Positions 37,886 through 50,903 of a stretch of DNA of 64,000 nucleotides are shown here, in pieces (the stretch's first letter is position 1; each line of letters opens with the position of its first letter). The DNA lies in NCBI GenBank assembly GCA_002269645.1, contig NIVC01001886.1, positions 62,001 through 126,000 on the forward strand. Reading direction: 5' to 3'. The notes beneath the pieces are model-generated. The model worked only from the letters and a program-made list of their open reading frames with translations, was not told where the DNA came from and did no database searches. This DNA comes from Macrostomum lignano. Its lineage: Eukaryota. A program made the translations under genes and the position numbers.

Positions 37886-39064
37886 ATGTTTCAGCTGACT
37901 GTACAGCCGGCGAACTGCTCCCTAGGCGATAATTCTGACAACTCAAGCCTGAATTTGGCGCCGGCGCCAGACCTGACCATGGGCGCCATGAAGTGCGCCT
38001 TTGCCGCGCTAGGATTGACTAATTTGGTGCTCAACAGCCTGTCTCTGCTGGTGTTCCTGTGCCACCGTCAGAAGGAGTCCATCATCCGGCTGCTGCTGCT
38101 CATGCTGTCCAGCACCGAGGTGCTCGCCAGCTTCGGCATGACCAGCGTCGCCATCGCCCGCCTCGTACTGGAGGTGGCGCCGCATCGGGTCGGCTACGCG
38201 TCGGATGAGGCGGCCAGGCAGCTGGTGCGCTTCCTGTCCATCACCTGGGTGATGGCCAACGCCTTCCTGCTGGCCCGGAACTGGTGTGTGGTGCTCATCG
38301 CAGTCAGCCGGTGCGAGGCGGTCGTCAGGCCGTTCTCGCGCAACACCGGCCGCTGCTGCGGCCACCGCACAGTCAGCGGCATCTTCGCCGGCATCCTGCT
38401 GCTGGGCCTGGCCTTCGGCATTCCCAAGGCCTTCCAAGAGCAGTACGTGTACTGCGCCGAGACAGGACGCATCGTGGCCAAGGTGCCGCTGTATCCGTTC
38501 AATTTCTACGGCGAATTCTACCTGAGCTCGATGTTCTTCCAGGCCGTGCTGCCAGTCATTCTGGTCAGCGTAGCCTCCGTCGCCATGACGATCGGACTGC
38601 GCCGGCATCGCGGCAGCGGTGCGGTGGGCGGCAACCAGGCGCACATGAAGGCAACCCGCATGGTGCAGCTGCTGCTGCTCGTGTTCGTCTGCATGGAGAT
38701 GCCGATGTTCCTCACCGTGCTCATCGGTGTGAAAGTCCCGGACGATAGCCAGGCCTGGGACAGCTTCATGAAGTACGCCATCGAGCTGTCGAATTTTTGC
38801 ATCAATTTGGACTCCACCTGCAACTTCGTCGTGTACATGAAGACCAACAGCACGTTTCGGTCGGTGATTTTACGCCGGCGTCGGCATCAGAAACAGCTGA
38901 CTAGCGGCGTGTGCGTCGGCGGTCACGATGGGGGCGGCGCTGGCAGTGTCGTAAGCGCCGGTAGACACGGCAGGCCAGCGGGCAGCCCGTGCTCAACAAT
39001 GCAGCACCAGTACTCAATGCTGCCGAGTCCCAGAATCACCCTGCAAGTCACCAGCTGCGTCTAG
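37886..39064 (+). CDS. Intronless class A GPCR (392 aa), peptide-receptor-like, resembling the flatworm-expanded rhodopsin orphan family (PROF1/Srw-like)
   Basis: Seven hydrophobic segments and N-terminal N-glycosylation sites (NCS, NSS). TM3 reads ARNWCVVLIAVSRCEAVVRP; TM5 FQAVLPVILV; TM6 LLVFVCMEMP; TM7 LDSTCNFVVY. First ATG at 37886. Confidence 0.9.
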   Translation: MFQLTVQPANCSLGDNSDNSSLNLAPAPDLTMGAMKCAFAALGLTNLVLNSLSLLVFLCHRQKESIIRLLLLMLSSTEVLASFGMTSVAIARLVLEVAPHRVGYASDEAARQLVRFLSITWVMANAFLLARNWCVVLIAVSRCEAVVRPFSRNTGRCCGHRTVSGIFAGILLLGLAFGIPKAFQEQYVYCAETGRIVAKVPLYPFNFYGEFYLSSMFFQAVLPVILVSVASVAMTIGLRRHRGSGAVGGNQAHMKATRMVQLLLLVFVCMEMPMFLTVLIGVKVPDDSQAWDSFMKYAIELSNFCINLDSTCNFVVYMKTNSTFRSVILRRRRHQKQLTSGVCVGGHDGGGAGSVVSAGRHGRPAGSPCSTMQHQYSMLPSPRITLQVTSCV

Positions 39065-39068
39065 GCCC

Positions 39069-39712
39069 GCTGAGGACTTTTGGCAACCTGAGGACTTTTA
39101 GCAACCTGAGGACTTTTGGCAACCTGAGGACTTTTGGCAACCTGAGGACTTTTGGCAACCTGAGGACTTTTGGCAACCTGAGGACTTTTGGCAACCTGAG
39201 GACTTTTGGCAACCTGAGGACTTTTGGCAACCTGAGGACTTTTGGCAACCTGAGGACTTTTGGCAACCTGAGGACTTTTAGCAACCTGAGGACTTTTAGC
39301 AACCTGAGGACTTTTAGCAACCTGAGGACTTTTGGCAACCTGAGGACTTTTAGCAACCTGAGGACTTTTGGCAACCTGAGGACTTTTAGCAACCTGAGGC
39401 CTTTTGGCAACCTGAGGACTTTTAGCAACCTGAGGACTTTTGGCAACCTGAGGACTTTTGGCAATCTGAGGACTTTTAGCAACCTGAGGACTTTTAGCAA
39501 CCTGAGGACTTTTGGCAACCTGAGGACTTTTAGCAACCTGAGGACTTTTGGCAACCTGAGGACTTTTAGCAACCTGAGGACTTTTAGCAACCTGAGGACT
39601 TTTAGCAACCTGAGAACTTTTGGCAACCTGAGGACTTTTAGCAACCTGAGAACTTTTGGCAACCTGAGGACTTTTAGCAACCTGAGGACTTTGGCAACCT
39701 GAGGACTTTGGC
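39069..39712 (+). repeat. 18-bp array (GCAACCTGAGGACTTTT[G/A])n, about 36 copies, starting about 5 nt after the GPCR stop codon
   Basis: Direct reading. Confidence 0.98.
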
Positions 39713-40742
39713 AGCCTGTCCTGTGTTTTTGCATTTTACTGCGCAATTCATAATGCATGGAAGATGCAGGGCAAGGCGAGCCCCCCAGGCTCGTAATCGC
39801 CTCCAGCTGACGCCGGCCTGTCACTTGTCACTGCTGTCCCCCTGTCTGCTTCTCTGCCCAGACCAGTCACCGTCAGACGCTATCAATACCAGCAACAGGC
39901 TCAAGCCTCTCCAGCAATCTTAACCAGAAATGCCTCCATCACTTCCAGCCGCCGCAGCCTCCGCTTCCGCATCAATCAAGCAGCTGGAATCCCTCTCGTT
40001 TGTGGCCTCTCCCCTCTCTCTGTCTCCCGTCTTTTACGTCGGAGCAAAAATTCGACACAGAAATATTTGCGGCGGGGAGGCATAAACACTGTATGGGCCG
40101 TGTGCTGCTGCTGCTGGCTCTGCTGCGTGTCAAGCACAGGTAACTGCCGGACTCGGGCCCTCGAACCCCCTGGAACAGGAAGCCAGGCAATGAAAAAGCT
40201 AAGAAAACTTTTCTCTGGCCAGATTTAAACCGAAGTTGTCTCGCTAAAGTAAAGCGAAAAGTGCTTTCTAGTCAAAAGTTCCTGCATCTTTTTTATTTAA
40301 ATAAGATCCAGCACTTTTTCATTGGCCTCAAAGGTCTTAGCAGAAGCTACAGAGTCGTCTCTCAAGTCCCTTGGCTACCGGGTTTGAGATTGTGAAAGTT
40401 TCAAGAGTGACGAGTATTTTTTGTTCCGTCCTTGTCAGTTCGCTCGTATCATCAGTGTCATTCTAGCAGAGCCGGACGATGCAACTGTTAATTAAGCCAT
40501 CTACCAATATTCTTGACTGTAAGACAGTAAATAGATTCTCAAGGCTGCTTGAAATACAAATATTATAATGCTTTATACGCTTTTGTGTCACAACCGTAAC
40601 TTTTATATGCGTCTGTTGATTTTGAATACTGATCTGATTAATGCGCTGGTTATGTTTAACTGCTGGGTGTGCGAAAAATGCGTCATATCAACTGATGGTC
40701 ATAAGGACTGGGGATTATGGCAATTTTTTCCACCGGAGGTAA

Positions 40743-42190
40743 TCTGGTCATAGAATCATCTGGTCATAGAATCATCTGGTCATAGAATCATCTGGTCACA
40801 GAATCATCTGGTCACAGAATCATCTGGTCATAGAATCATCTAGCCATAGAATCATCTGGTCATAGAATCATCTGGTCATAGAATCATCTAGCCATAGAAT
40901 CATCTGGTCATAGAATCATCTGGTCATAGAATCATCTGGTCATAGAATCATCTAGCCATAGAATCATCTGGTCATAGAATCATCTGGTCATAGAATCATC
41001 TAGCCATAGAATCATCTGGTCACAGAATCATCTGGTCACAGAATCATCTGGTCACAGAATCATCTGGTCACAGAATCATTTAGCCATAGAATCATCTGGT
41101 CACAGAATCATCTGGTCACAGAATCATCTGGTCACAGAATCATTTAGCCATAGAATCATCTGGTCACAGAATCATCTGGTCACAGAATCATCTGGTCACA
41201 GAATCATTTAGTCACAGAATCATCTGGTCACAGAATCATCTAGCCATAGAATCATCTGGTCATCGAATCATCTGGTCACAGAATCATCTGGTCACAGAAT
41301 CATCTAGCCATAGAATCATCTGGTCATATAATCATCTGGTCATAGAGTCATCTGGTCACAGAACCATCTGGTCATCGAATCATCTGGTCATCGAAAAAGC
41401 TGGTCATAGAATCATCCGGTCATATAATCATATGGTCATAGAATCATCTGGTCATCGAATAATCTGGTCATAGAATCATCCGGTCATATAATCATATGGT
41501 CATAGAATCATCTGGTCATCGAATAATCTGGTCATAGAATAATATGGTCATCGAATAAACTGGTCATAGAATCATGTAGTCAAAAAATTATCCGGTCATA
41601 GAATCATCTAGCCATAGAATCATCTGGTCACAGAATCATCTGGTCATAGAATCATCTGGTCACAGAATCATCTGGTCACAGAATCATCTGGTCACAGAAT
41701 CATCTGGTCACAGAATCATCTGGTCACAGAATCATCTAGCCATAGAATCATCTGGTCATATAATCATCTGGTCATAGAGTCATCTGGTCACAGAACCATC
41801 TGGTCATCGAATCATCTGGTCATCGAAAAAGCTGGTCATAGAATCATCCGGTCATATAATCATATGGTCATAAAATCATCCGGTCATATAATCATATGGT
41901 CATAGAATCATCTGGTCATCGAATAATCTGGTCATAGAATAATCTGGTCATCGAATCATCTGGTCGTAGAAACATCCGGTCATAGAATAATATGGTCATC
42001 GAATAAACTGGTCATAGAATCATGTAGTCAAAAAATCATCCGGTCATAGAATCATCTAGTCATAGAATCATCTAGTCATAGAATCATCTAGTCATAGAAT
42101 CATTTAGTCATAGAATCATCTGGTCATAGAATCATCTGCTCATAGAATCATCTGGTCACAGAATCATCTAGTCATAAAATCATCTAGTCA
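40743..42190 (+). repeat. 16-bp minisatellite (CATAGAATCATCTGGT)n, about 90 copies, with an internal higher-order duplication
   Basis: Direct reading. The variant block containing CGAAAAAGCTGG recurs at about 41390 and 41825. Confidence 0.97.
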
Positions 42191-42859
42191 TAGGCTCAAA
42201 AACCGGTCAGAAGCTCATCTGGTCATAAATCAATTAGGTCACGGGAATACATAGTCATCAGGTCATGAAGATTTACATCCAGAACAGACTTTGCGTTACT
42301 GTAAATGGCAATAGAAATGGTTGGACATAATAGTTTCTAATGCAGATTAAAGCTCCGCGTCATTCGTAACAAATGTTCTGTTTGGTTTCTCATACCTATA
42401 ATTATTTGAACTAGAAATAGTTAAAGTTTGCTTCTTCACAGGCAGCCCATTGCAATCTTGATGAAGGCATCTCTCGAACTCGTCCGAGAGCGAAAGGCAG
42501 ATCAGCTTTCCAGGAAAGCCGGGTTCGAGTTTCCTCCAGCGGAAAGCGGAAGGCAGACAGACGGGTGCAAGAAAACGCACCGCTGCTTCTCATCTGCTTG
42601 GCGAGGCGGTGGAAGAATCTTGAAAATGATGGAAATCAAATGATGACGTTGGTGGCAGATAGCGGGACATGGATTCGAGAAGGAATGGGTTAAGAGTGAT
42701 TGAGCTGGATAAAAGTAAAAAAATGGTGTAAGTTAAAAATAGATTGGGTCTGAAGTTAAACAGCCAGAGATGGAGAAAGGGATGAGAAGGAAAATTTGAA
42801 ATTTAAGGTGCAGAAAGAAACGATGGACCAGAGAGCTCCATACTAATTGGGAGCCTGAA

Positions 42860-43260
42860 ACAGGAGAGGATTAAGGCAGAGATCTGTAGACAGAAACAGG
42901 AGAGGAGTAAGGCAGAGATCTATAGGCAGAAACAGGAGATGAGTAAGGCATAAATCTATAGGCAGAAACAGGTGAGGAGTAAGGCAGAGATCTATAAGCA
43001 GAAACAGGTGAGGAGTAAGACAGAGATCTGTAGGCAGAAACAGGTGAAGAGTAAGGCAGAGATCTGTAGGCAAAAACAGGTGAGGAGTAAGGCAGAGATC
43101 TGTAGGCAGAAACAGGAGAGGAGTAAGGCAGAGATCTATAAGCAGAAACAGGTGAGGAGTAAGGCAGAGATCTATAGGCAGAAACAGGAGAGGAGTAAGG
43201 CAGAGATCTATAGGCAGAAACAGGAGAGGAGTAAGGCAGAGATCTATAGGCAGAAACAGG
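42860..43260 (+). repeat. 36-bp minisatellite (GAGTAAGGCAGAGATCTATAGGCAGAAACAGGAGAG), about 11 copies
   Basis: Direct reading. Confidence 0.95.
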
Positions 43261-43734
43261 CGAATAAAGAGAATAGAAATGAGACAGTTAGCCACAGCCA
43301 AAGCGAGCTCTAAGAAATGACGGTTTTACATGCGGCTGGAATCGAAGACTCAATCAATCAATCTTGAGAGTCAGAGCCCGAGGATGCCAATTAGTGAAAA
43401 AATTCTGAACTTCAAGAAATCAGCGCCGATATCTGCTTGCACTGCAAGGGGTTCCAAAACCAATCATAATCAATCCAGGCCGGGCACTGTTCCAGGAATT
43501 CTAGCACGTGAAAGCAGAGAACAAAAATAGCCCGTGTTTACATCAAGGCTGCCTCAGCAGCTGCTGTGGATAAAAGACCCTCGCATTTTAATTCGCCATT
43601 CTCATCCCAGATAAGTCCTCATGGCCTTCCTCGACGCAAAATATGTTTTTTCAGCTAGCAAACATATTTTTGTTAGTACGTCGAATACTTTTTCTGCAAA
43701 CAGATTTGTTGAAACATTATTGATTTATTAAAGG

Positions 43735-44925
43735 AACTGCGATGGCAGAGGGGAATTGAAGGAGGAACTGGGATGGCAGAGGGGAATTGAAGGAGGAACT
43801 GGGATGGCAGAGGGTAATTGAAGGAGGAACTGAGACTGCAGATGGGGATTCAAGCAGGAACTGGGATGGCAGAGGGGAACTCAAGCAGGAACTGGGATGG
43901 CAGAGGGGAACTCAAGCAGGAACTGGGATGGCAGAGGGGGACTCAAGGAGGAACTGAGACTGCAGATGGGGATTCAAGCAGGAACTGGGATGGCAGAGGG
44001 GAACTCAAGCAGGAACTGGGATGGCAGAGGGGAATTCAAGCAGGAACTGGGATGGCAGAGGGGAACTCAAGGAGGAACTGGGATGGCAGAGGGGAATTCA
44101 AGCAGGAACTGGGACTGCAGATGGGAATTCAAGGAACTGGGATGGCAGAGGGGAATTCAAGCAGGAACTGGGATGGCAGAGGGGAATTCAAGCAGGAACT
44201 GGGATGGCAGAGGGGAATTGAAGGAGGAACTGAGACTGCAGAGGGGAATTCAAGCAGGAACTGGGATAGCAGAGGGGAATTCAAGCAGGAACTGGGATTG
44301 CAGAGGGGAATTGAAGGAGGAACTGAGACTGCAGAGGGGAATTCAAGCAGGAACTGGGATAGCAGAGGGGAATTCAAGCAGGAACTGGGATGGCAGAGGG
44401 GAACTCAAGGAGGAACTGGGATGGCAGAGGGGAATTCAAGCAGGAACTGGGATGGCAGAGGGGAATTGAAGGAGGAACTGAGACTGCAGAGGGGAATTCA
44501 AGCAGGAACTGGGATAGCAGAGGGGAATTCAAGCAGGAACTGGGATGGCAGAGGGGAATTGAAGGAGGAACTGAGACTGCAGAGGGGAATTCAAGCAGGA
44601 ACTGGGATAGCAGAGGGGAATTCAAGCAGGAACTGGGATGGCAGAGGGGAACTCAAGGAGGAACTGGGATGGCAGAGGGGAATTGAAGGAGGAACTGAGA
44701 CTGCAGAGGGGAATTCAAGCAGGAACTGGGATAGCAGAGGGGAATTCAAGCAGGAACTGGGATGGCAGAGGGGAACTCAAGGAGGAACTGGGATGGCAGA
44801 GGGGGAATTCAAGGAACTGGGATGGCAGAGGGGAATTCAAGCAGGAACTGGGATGGCAGAGGGGAATTGAAGGAGGAACTGAGACTGCAGAGGGGAATTC
44901 AAGCAGGAACTGGAATGGCAGGGGG
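43735..44925 (+). repeat. 31-bp minisatellite (GGAACTGGGATGGCAGAGGGGAATTCAAGCA), about 38 copies
   Basis: Direct reading. Confidence 0.97.
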
Positions 44926-45439
44926 GAATTAGAAGTAGAACTTTCGAAGCGGAAACGACAGCGAGTCAGACGTGGAAGACGTCAACTGGAAATGGAATCT
45001 ATTTTCTAACATTTGATTTGCATCTCCGGCTGTGGCGTCAGCTCGCTGCCCTTTGACTTCTGTCTAGCTATTAATTAAGAAATGCAGCTGTTGCTGAGAA
45101 CTGAGGATGGAAGCCAGTCTCGGTCCCGCGTATTCCCCACAGGATTGGGATTGATTCCAAACAGCACGGAGGCGGGAGTGATGCGTGTTTTTTTGCCGCA
45201 AAAAATATTCTGCATCTTCGTCATCAGATAAGCAAATAGCTATTGCCCCGTTTTTGTCCCGCGCTTACCGAAAGAAACGAGTGAAAGTTGGTACACAGAC
45301 GCAGACAGTGCGCGGTAGAGTGACTACAAAATCAACCCAGTCTTCTGCTTTGTAAGCCGTGCAACTTTTTATTAACTTCTTCTTTTGCGGAAGTTGGCAG
45401 TGCAGATGCTTTTTGTCACTCCAATATTATGCAAGCCAC

Positions 45440-45705
45440 ACATGTGGGTCCTTCGGATCCACACAGGGTCCTTTGGGTTCACACAGGTTAATTTATGTCC
45501 ACACAGGGTCCTCTGGGTTCACACAGGGTAATTTATGGCAACACAGGGTCCTCTGGGTTCACACAGGGTAATTTATGTCCACAACGGGTCCTTTGAATTC
45601 ACATAGGGGTCCTTTGGGTCCATATGGGGTGCTTTGGGTCTACAAAGGGTTTTTGGGTCCACACGGGTCCTTTGGGTTCACACAGGGTCCTTTGGATCCA
45701 CATAG
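45440..45705 (+). repeat. Degenerate repeat with a CACAGGGTCCTTTGGGT core
   Basis: Direct reading. Confidence 0.75.
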
Positions 45706-46269
45706 GTAGGGGGGTTGATAGAGACGCGATGAGCTAACCGAGCGGGTTCACAGGGGTCATTTTAGGTCAGAGTGGGGTCACGCTGACGAAAGACGTAACA
45801 AAATAAGAGCTTTCTGAATGAATTAATGCTTTCAGAGAGAATAAGCTCAGGATTTTTCCTAAATATTTTATACTACTCACATGCTCCGCTGCTGAACGTC
45901 AAGAATTCTCGAGAGAAAGTGCTCATTCCGTTAAACAGTGTGTCCTGCTACAGCCTCTGGAATAGAAAGCTAGATATAGCTGCTATATGAGTCAGGGGTG
46001 TGTAGTCGGGATATCAGATCCCCAATCGCATTGTAATAATCCTACAAGATAATGCCATTATAGGCCCCCACCAACTTGAAGAGCAGCATTGAGAACGGGG
46101 AATAAGACAATCTTGGGATAAAACCTGAGCATTAAATTGAGAGGCTCAGCTAATCAATACGGATCAAAGATAGTAGACTGCCAAGTGATCGCAGTGCCGA
46201 GGCGGCATTCCAAATCTTAAAGGGTTCTGCATACTGTAGAAAAGCTTTCCCAGACCTCAACTCCCAATT

Positions 46270-46660
46270 ACACTGCCCCAATTTGACTGCCCCAATTTGA
46301 CTGCCACAATTTGACTGCCCCAATTTGACTGCCCCAGTTTGACTGCCCCAATTTGACTGCCCCATTTGACTGCCCCAATTTGATTGCCCCAATTTGACTG
46401 CCCCGATTTGACTGCCCCAATTTGATTGCCCCAATTTGACTGCCCCAATTTGACTGCCCCAATTTGACTGCCCCAATTTGACTGCCCCAATTTGACTGCC
46501 CCAATTTGACTGCCCCAATTTGACTGCCCCAATTTGACTGCCCCAATTTGACTGCCCCAATTTGACTGCCCCAATTTGACTGCCCCAATTTGACTGCCCC
46601 AATTTGACTGCCCCAATTTGACTGCCCCAATTTGACTGCCCCAATTTGATTGCCAGACAT
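46270..46660 (+). repeat. 14-bp array (TTTGACTGCCCCAA)n, about 27 copies
   Basis: Direct reading. An inverted GGCAGTCAAA follows at about 46712. Confidence 0.97.
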
Positions 46661-47375
46661 TTGACTGGCCCAACTTGACTGGTTGGCCCAAATTGGATCG
46701 GAAGTCAATTTGTGGCAGTCAAAATGTCATGGACCCATGAAAATGTAGTTTGGTGCTTCCAACAACGAGCAAACATTTAAAAAACAAAAAAATGTGACGC
46801 TTAACACGGATAAGTCTCTGTCCGTGATAAACTATCGTGTCAGCCCACCTAATTTTAGCATTTAGCTACCTTGTAAACAGGGCTCAGATGAACAGAAGAG
46901 AAAGTTGCATTTGAGAATCGTTGCGTGATGCGGGCTTACTTTTTTGCAACGTCCCGACTATTCAGTTTTAATCTACTTTTCACATTCACATCAAACACAG
47001 CGGATTATTGCAATAACTTGACGATTCTAGAGAAAAATTAGATCTAGTTCACATAACTGGCTTCTGAGGGTTGTTTTTGAGTTCGTTGTTTTTGCTGCTC
47101 TTGTCTGTCAGTCTTCGCCAACTGATAGGCGGCACAGCTAGGTGAGGAGAATTATCCCCCCACCCCATATCCCTCGACGGCGCGGAGGTAGAGTAAAGGG
47201 GGAGGGGAGGATGGCGTAAATCACGCGGCCGGATGGTCGGGTAACAGCCTCCTTCTGCGCCAGATGATGCTGTTTTTGCAACTTAAGCCCGCTGGTTCCC
47301 TAGGGAGAGCGCGGAGTCGTCGCTATCCCCCCTAATCCCCTGACTGGACGCGGTGTAAACAGATCGAGCCCAGTC

Positions 47376-49646
47376 CAGGGGCGCGTCCAGAGTTTTCAGG
47401 ATGGGGGGGCCCAGTTAAGGCCCAGTAAAAACTGAAGGGGCAATACCAACATCTTGAATTGAGTTTTTTAATTATTATAAAAGCTAATTTTTACCGAAAA
47501 GTAAAAATTACATCCAAAAAAGATCTCGCAAAGAATGAATGCTATAGCTAAGTTGATTTAACTAACATTCTAAATGTTTTTTGCCCAAGAACACTTTTTA
47601 GGATTTGCAATTGGAAAATTTTTGAATAGAAAGCTAAACACAAATTCATTGAACTTTACAGTTTACTTTTCCTGGCAGATTCTCATCAAAAAACTCTGTT
47701 GGTTCATTTAATTATTGGCTAATCTCTGCAAAGTATATATTTTTACTGAGAGGAGAGGGCAGAGAAGAAGGGGAGAGAGTAGGGAGGGATAAATAGGAGG
47801 AGAGAGTAGAGGTGAGAAGAGGGAGAGAATAGAGAGAAGAAATGAGAGAGGAGAGAGTAGATAGGATGAAGTAGATAGGATAAGGGATAAAGAGAGGAGA
47901 CAGAAGAGAGTAGAGATGAGAGAAGAGAGAAAAGATGGGAGAAAGTAGAGAGCAGATAGAAGAGAGTAGAGATGAGAGAGGAGAGAGTAGATAGGAGAGA
48001 GTAGAAAGATGCGAGTGGAGAAGGGAGAGATTAGAAAGGGTGGAGATAAGCAAGCAGAGAGAAGAGAGAAGAGATGTTAAAAGGGATAGTACAGATTAGA
48101 GATCAGGGAGAGAGGAGATAAATAGGAGAGATGAGAAATTAGAGCAGAGAAGTAGAAAGAAGTGAGGAGAGAGAGAAGAGGAGGGAAGTTTTGAGAGATG
48201 GGAGAGTGAGAAGTGAGAAGAGGGGAGAGAGTGGAGAGCAGAGAGAAATGAGAAGAGAAAAGAGAGCAAGCAAAGATAAAAGAAGAAAAATGAGAGACGA
48301 AAGAGTAAAGTTAAGAGAAAAAGAGATAAGGTGGTAGAGATGACAGAAGAAATGAGAAATGAGATATGAAAGAGAAGAGAGAGGAGAGTGGAGAGAGAAG
48401 AGAAGAGGCAAGAGAAGAGAAGAGAGGAGAAAGGAAAGAGAGGAGTCAAAGACGGGAAATAAAAGAGTACAGGGGAAAGACATGAGAGAACATATAAGAG
48501 ATTAAAGTTGACAGAAGAGAGAGGGGAGAACAGAGAACAGAGACGAGAGTAAACAGACAAGAGATGGGAGAGTAGAGAGAACAGAGGACAGAGAAGAGAT
48601 TATGGAGATGAGAGGAGAGAGTAGGGAGAAGAAAAATGTGTAAGAGCAGAGAAGAGATACAAAGGGAGAAAGAAGTGGAGTAAAGAGAGAAGAGGGGAGA
48701 GAATTGACAACAGGGGAGAAAGGGGAGAGGAAAGAAGAGAATGGAGAGGGGAGAAAGTAGAGGGAAGAGAGATGGGGAGTGGAGAGCAGAGAGATAAGTA
48801 AGAGGAGAGAGGAGAGAGGAAATAAGAGAGAAGATATGAGATGAGAGAGATGAGAGAGAAGAGAAGAGAGGAGAGAAGAGACAAGGGAAGAGACAAGAGT
48901 AGAGGGGAAAGAGGAGAGAGGAGAGCAGAGAGAAAAAAAGTGAGGAAAGAGGAGAGAGGAAAGAACAGGGAAGAGATGAGAAAAGACGTGAGAGAAGAGA
49001 GGTGGGGGAAGAGACAAAAGAAGAGGGGAGAGAGAAGAGAGGAAAGAGGAAAGAAGGGATGACAGGAGAGACGAAAGATGAGAGAAAAGAGAGGAAACAG
49101 AAGCAAAGATAGAAGTTTCAAAGGATCCAAGGGACGTACATGTAGAGAGAGGCAGAGGCAGAGGTCAGAGTTTTCCTGACTTTTCCAATACATACATGTT
49201 TTAGATCAACATTGCCTGATATTCTGCACAGCATCCTAGCCAACGAGATCAATGCTTGCCTCAAATCTTAATTTTACATGAATTTACTCTATTTTATGTT
49301 CATCTCCATCCTAACTATTAACAAGTTTTTGTTTGAGTATGACTTCAAATTCTAGAATGTGCGAAAATAATTCCCGGGATTGGAATTCCACGGGTTCAAG
49401 ATCCACAGGTTTCAACAGCTTACAAGTGCTCGTATAAAAACTATTGTTTCTAAAATTAAAATTGCAAAAAAGAAAAAAATGGGTTTTTCAAACTATTTTT
49501 TGGAAAATTCAAAGTGAAAAAAAACTGAAAGTGGGGGTGGGCCACAGGGGGGCCTGTGGCTTAATTGGGGGGGGGCCACAGGGGGGGCCCGTGGCTTAAT
49601 TGGGGGGGCCCAGGCCCCCCCTAGCCTCCCCTTGGACGCGCCACTG
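47376..49646 (+). mobile_element. Non-autonomous hAT (Tip100-like) element, 2.27 kb, carrying GA-rich cargo
   Basis: TIRs are CAGGGGCGCGTCCAG and TTGGACGCGCCACTG, with G-run GGGGGGCCC subterminal motifs. An exact 8-bp TSD GCCCAGTC sits at 47368-47375 and 49647-49654. Confidence 0.92.
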
Positions 49647-49746
49647 GCCCAGTCCAGCATCCACAAGCACAATGCGAATACAACAACAACAACAAACAAC
49701 AAAATACGCGACCCCGCATGCACAGTCACAGTTAGAGCAGGGCGCG

Positions 49747-49992
49747 TCAGATGGCGCGCCGCAGAGCCTGAGAGCGAACAAAGTCAGCTCCGTTGGCAGT
49801 GTCGGGCGCCCCAGCGTCGCACAGCAGGCAGTCCACGTATCGACGGGTTCGGGCCTGACCCCGCCTGAACGGACTTCGCAAGGTAAGCAGCAGGACGTCC
49901 TGAACAGGTTGGGGGCAGTAGCCCTCGGATCGGATCACGTGGCCCGCCAGTGCGAATAACAATGCGAATAACAGTTGCACTATTATCAGCAT
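49747..49992 (-). CDS. Candidate 81-aa secreted peptide precursor (unassigned)
   Basis: The N-terminus MLIIVQLLFALLFALAGHVIRS looks like a signal peptide. There are three RR dibasic sites, a CxxC motif and GC3-rich codons. No family recognised. Confidence 0.35.
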   Translation of the reverse strand: MLIIVQLLFALLFALAGHVIRSEGYCPQPVQDVLLLTLRSPFRRGQARTRRYVDCLLCDAGAPDTANGADFVRSQALRRAI

Positions 49993-50059
49993 TCGGAATG
50001 CGTTGACGCGAAGCGCTTGATGAGAGGCTTGTTATTGCACTCATTGTTGGGTGCTTAGG

Positions 50060-50903
50060 ACCCGGAGGGTACAACCCGGAGGGTACAACCCGGAGGGTAC
50101 AACCCGGAGGGTACAACCCGGAGGGTACAACCCGGAGGGTACAACCCGGAGGGTACAACCCGGAGGGTACAACCCGGAGGGTACAACCCGGAGGGTACAA
50201 CCCGGAGGGTACAACCCGGAGGGTACAACCCGGAGGGTACAACCCGGAGGGTACAACCCGGAGGGTACAACCCGGAGGGTACAACCCGGAGGGTACAACC
50301 CGGAGGGTACAACCCGGAGGGTACAACCCGGAGGGTACAACCCGGAGGGTACAACCCGGAGGGTACAACCCGGAGGGTACAACCCGGAGGGTACAACCCG
50401 GAGGGTACAACCCGGAGGGTACAACCCGGAGGGTACAACCCGGAGGGTACAACCCGGAGGGTACAACCCGGAGGGTACAACCCGGAGGGTACAACCCGGA
50501 GGGTACAACCCGGAGGGTACAACCCGGAGGGTACAACCCGGAGGGTACAACCCGGAGGGTACAACCCGGAGGGTACAACCCGGAGGGTACAACCCGGAGG
50601 GTACAACCCGGAGGGTACAACCCGGAGGGTACAACCCGGAGGGTACAACCCGGAGGGTACAACCCGGAGGGTACAACCCGGAGGGTACAACCCGGAGGGT
50701 ACAACCCGGAGGGTACAACCCGGAGGGTACAACCCGGAGGGTACAACCCGGAGGGTACAACCCGGAGGGTACAACCCGGAGGGTACAACCCGGAGGGTAC
50801 AACCCGGAGGGTACAACCCGGAGGGTACAACCCGGAGGGTACAACCCGGAGGGTACAACCCGGAGGGTACAACCCGGAGGGTACAACCCGGAGGGTACAA
50901 CCC
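50060..50903 (+). repeat. Perfect 14-bp array (ACCCGGAGGGTACA)n, about 60 copies
   Basis: Direct reading. Confidence 0.99.

Noticed and set aside
40093-42643. Possible two-exon gene: signal-like exon MGRVLLLLALLRVKH (40093-40139, GT donor) spliced in phase to 42442-42643
   Set aside because: The splice phases are compatible, but the product resembles no known family and the first exon is a CTG-repeat artefact candidate. It needs RNA evidence.
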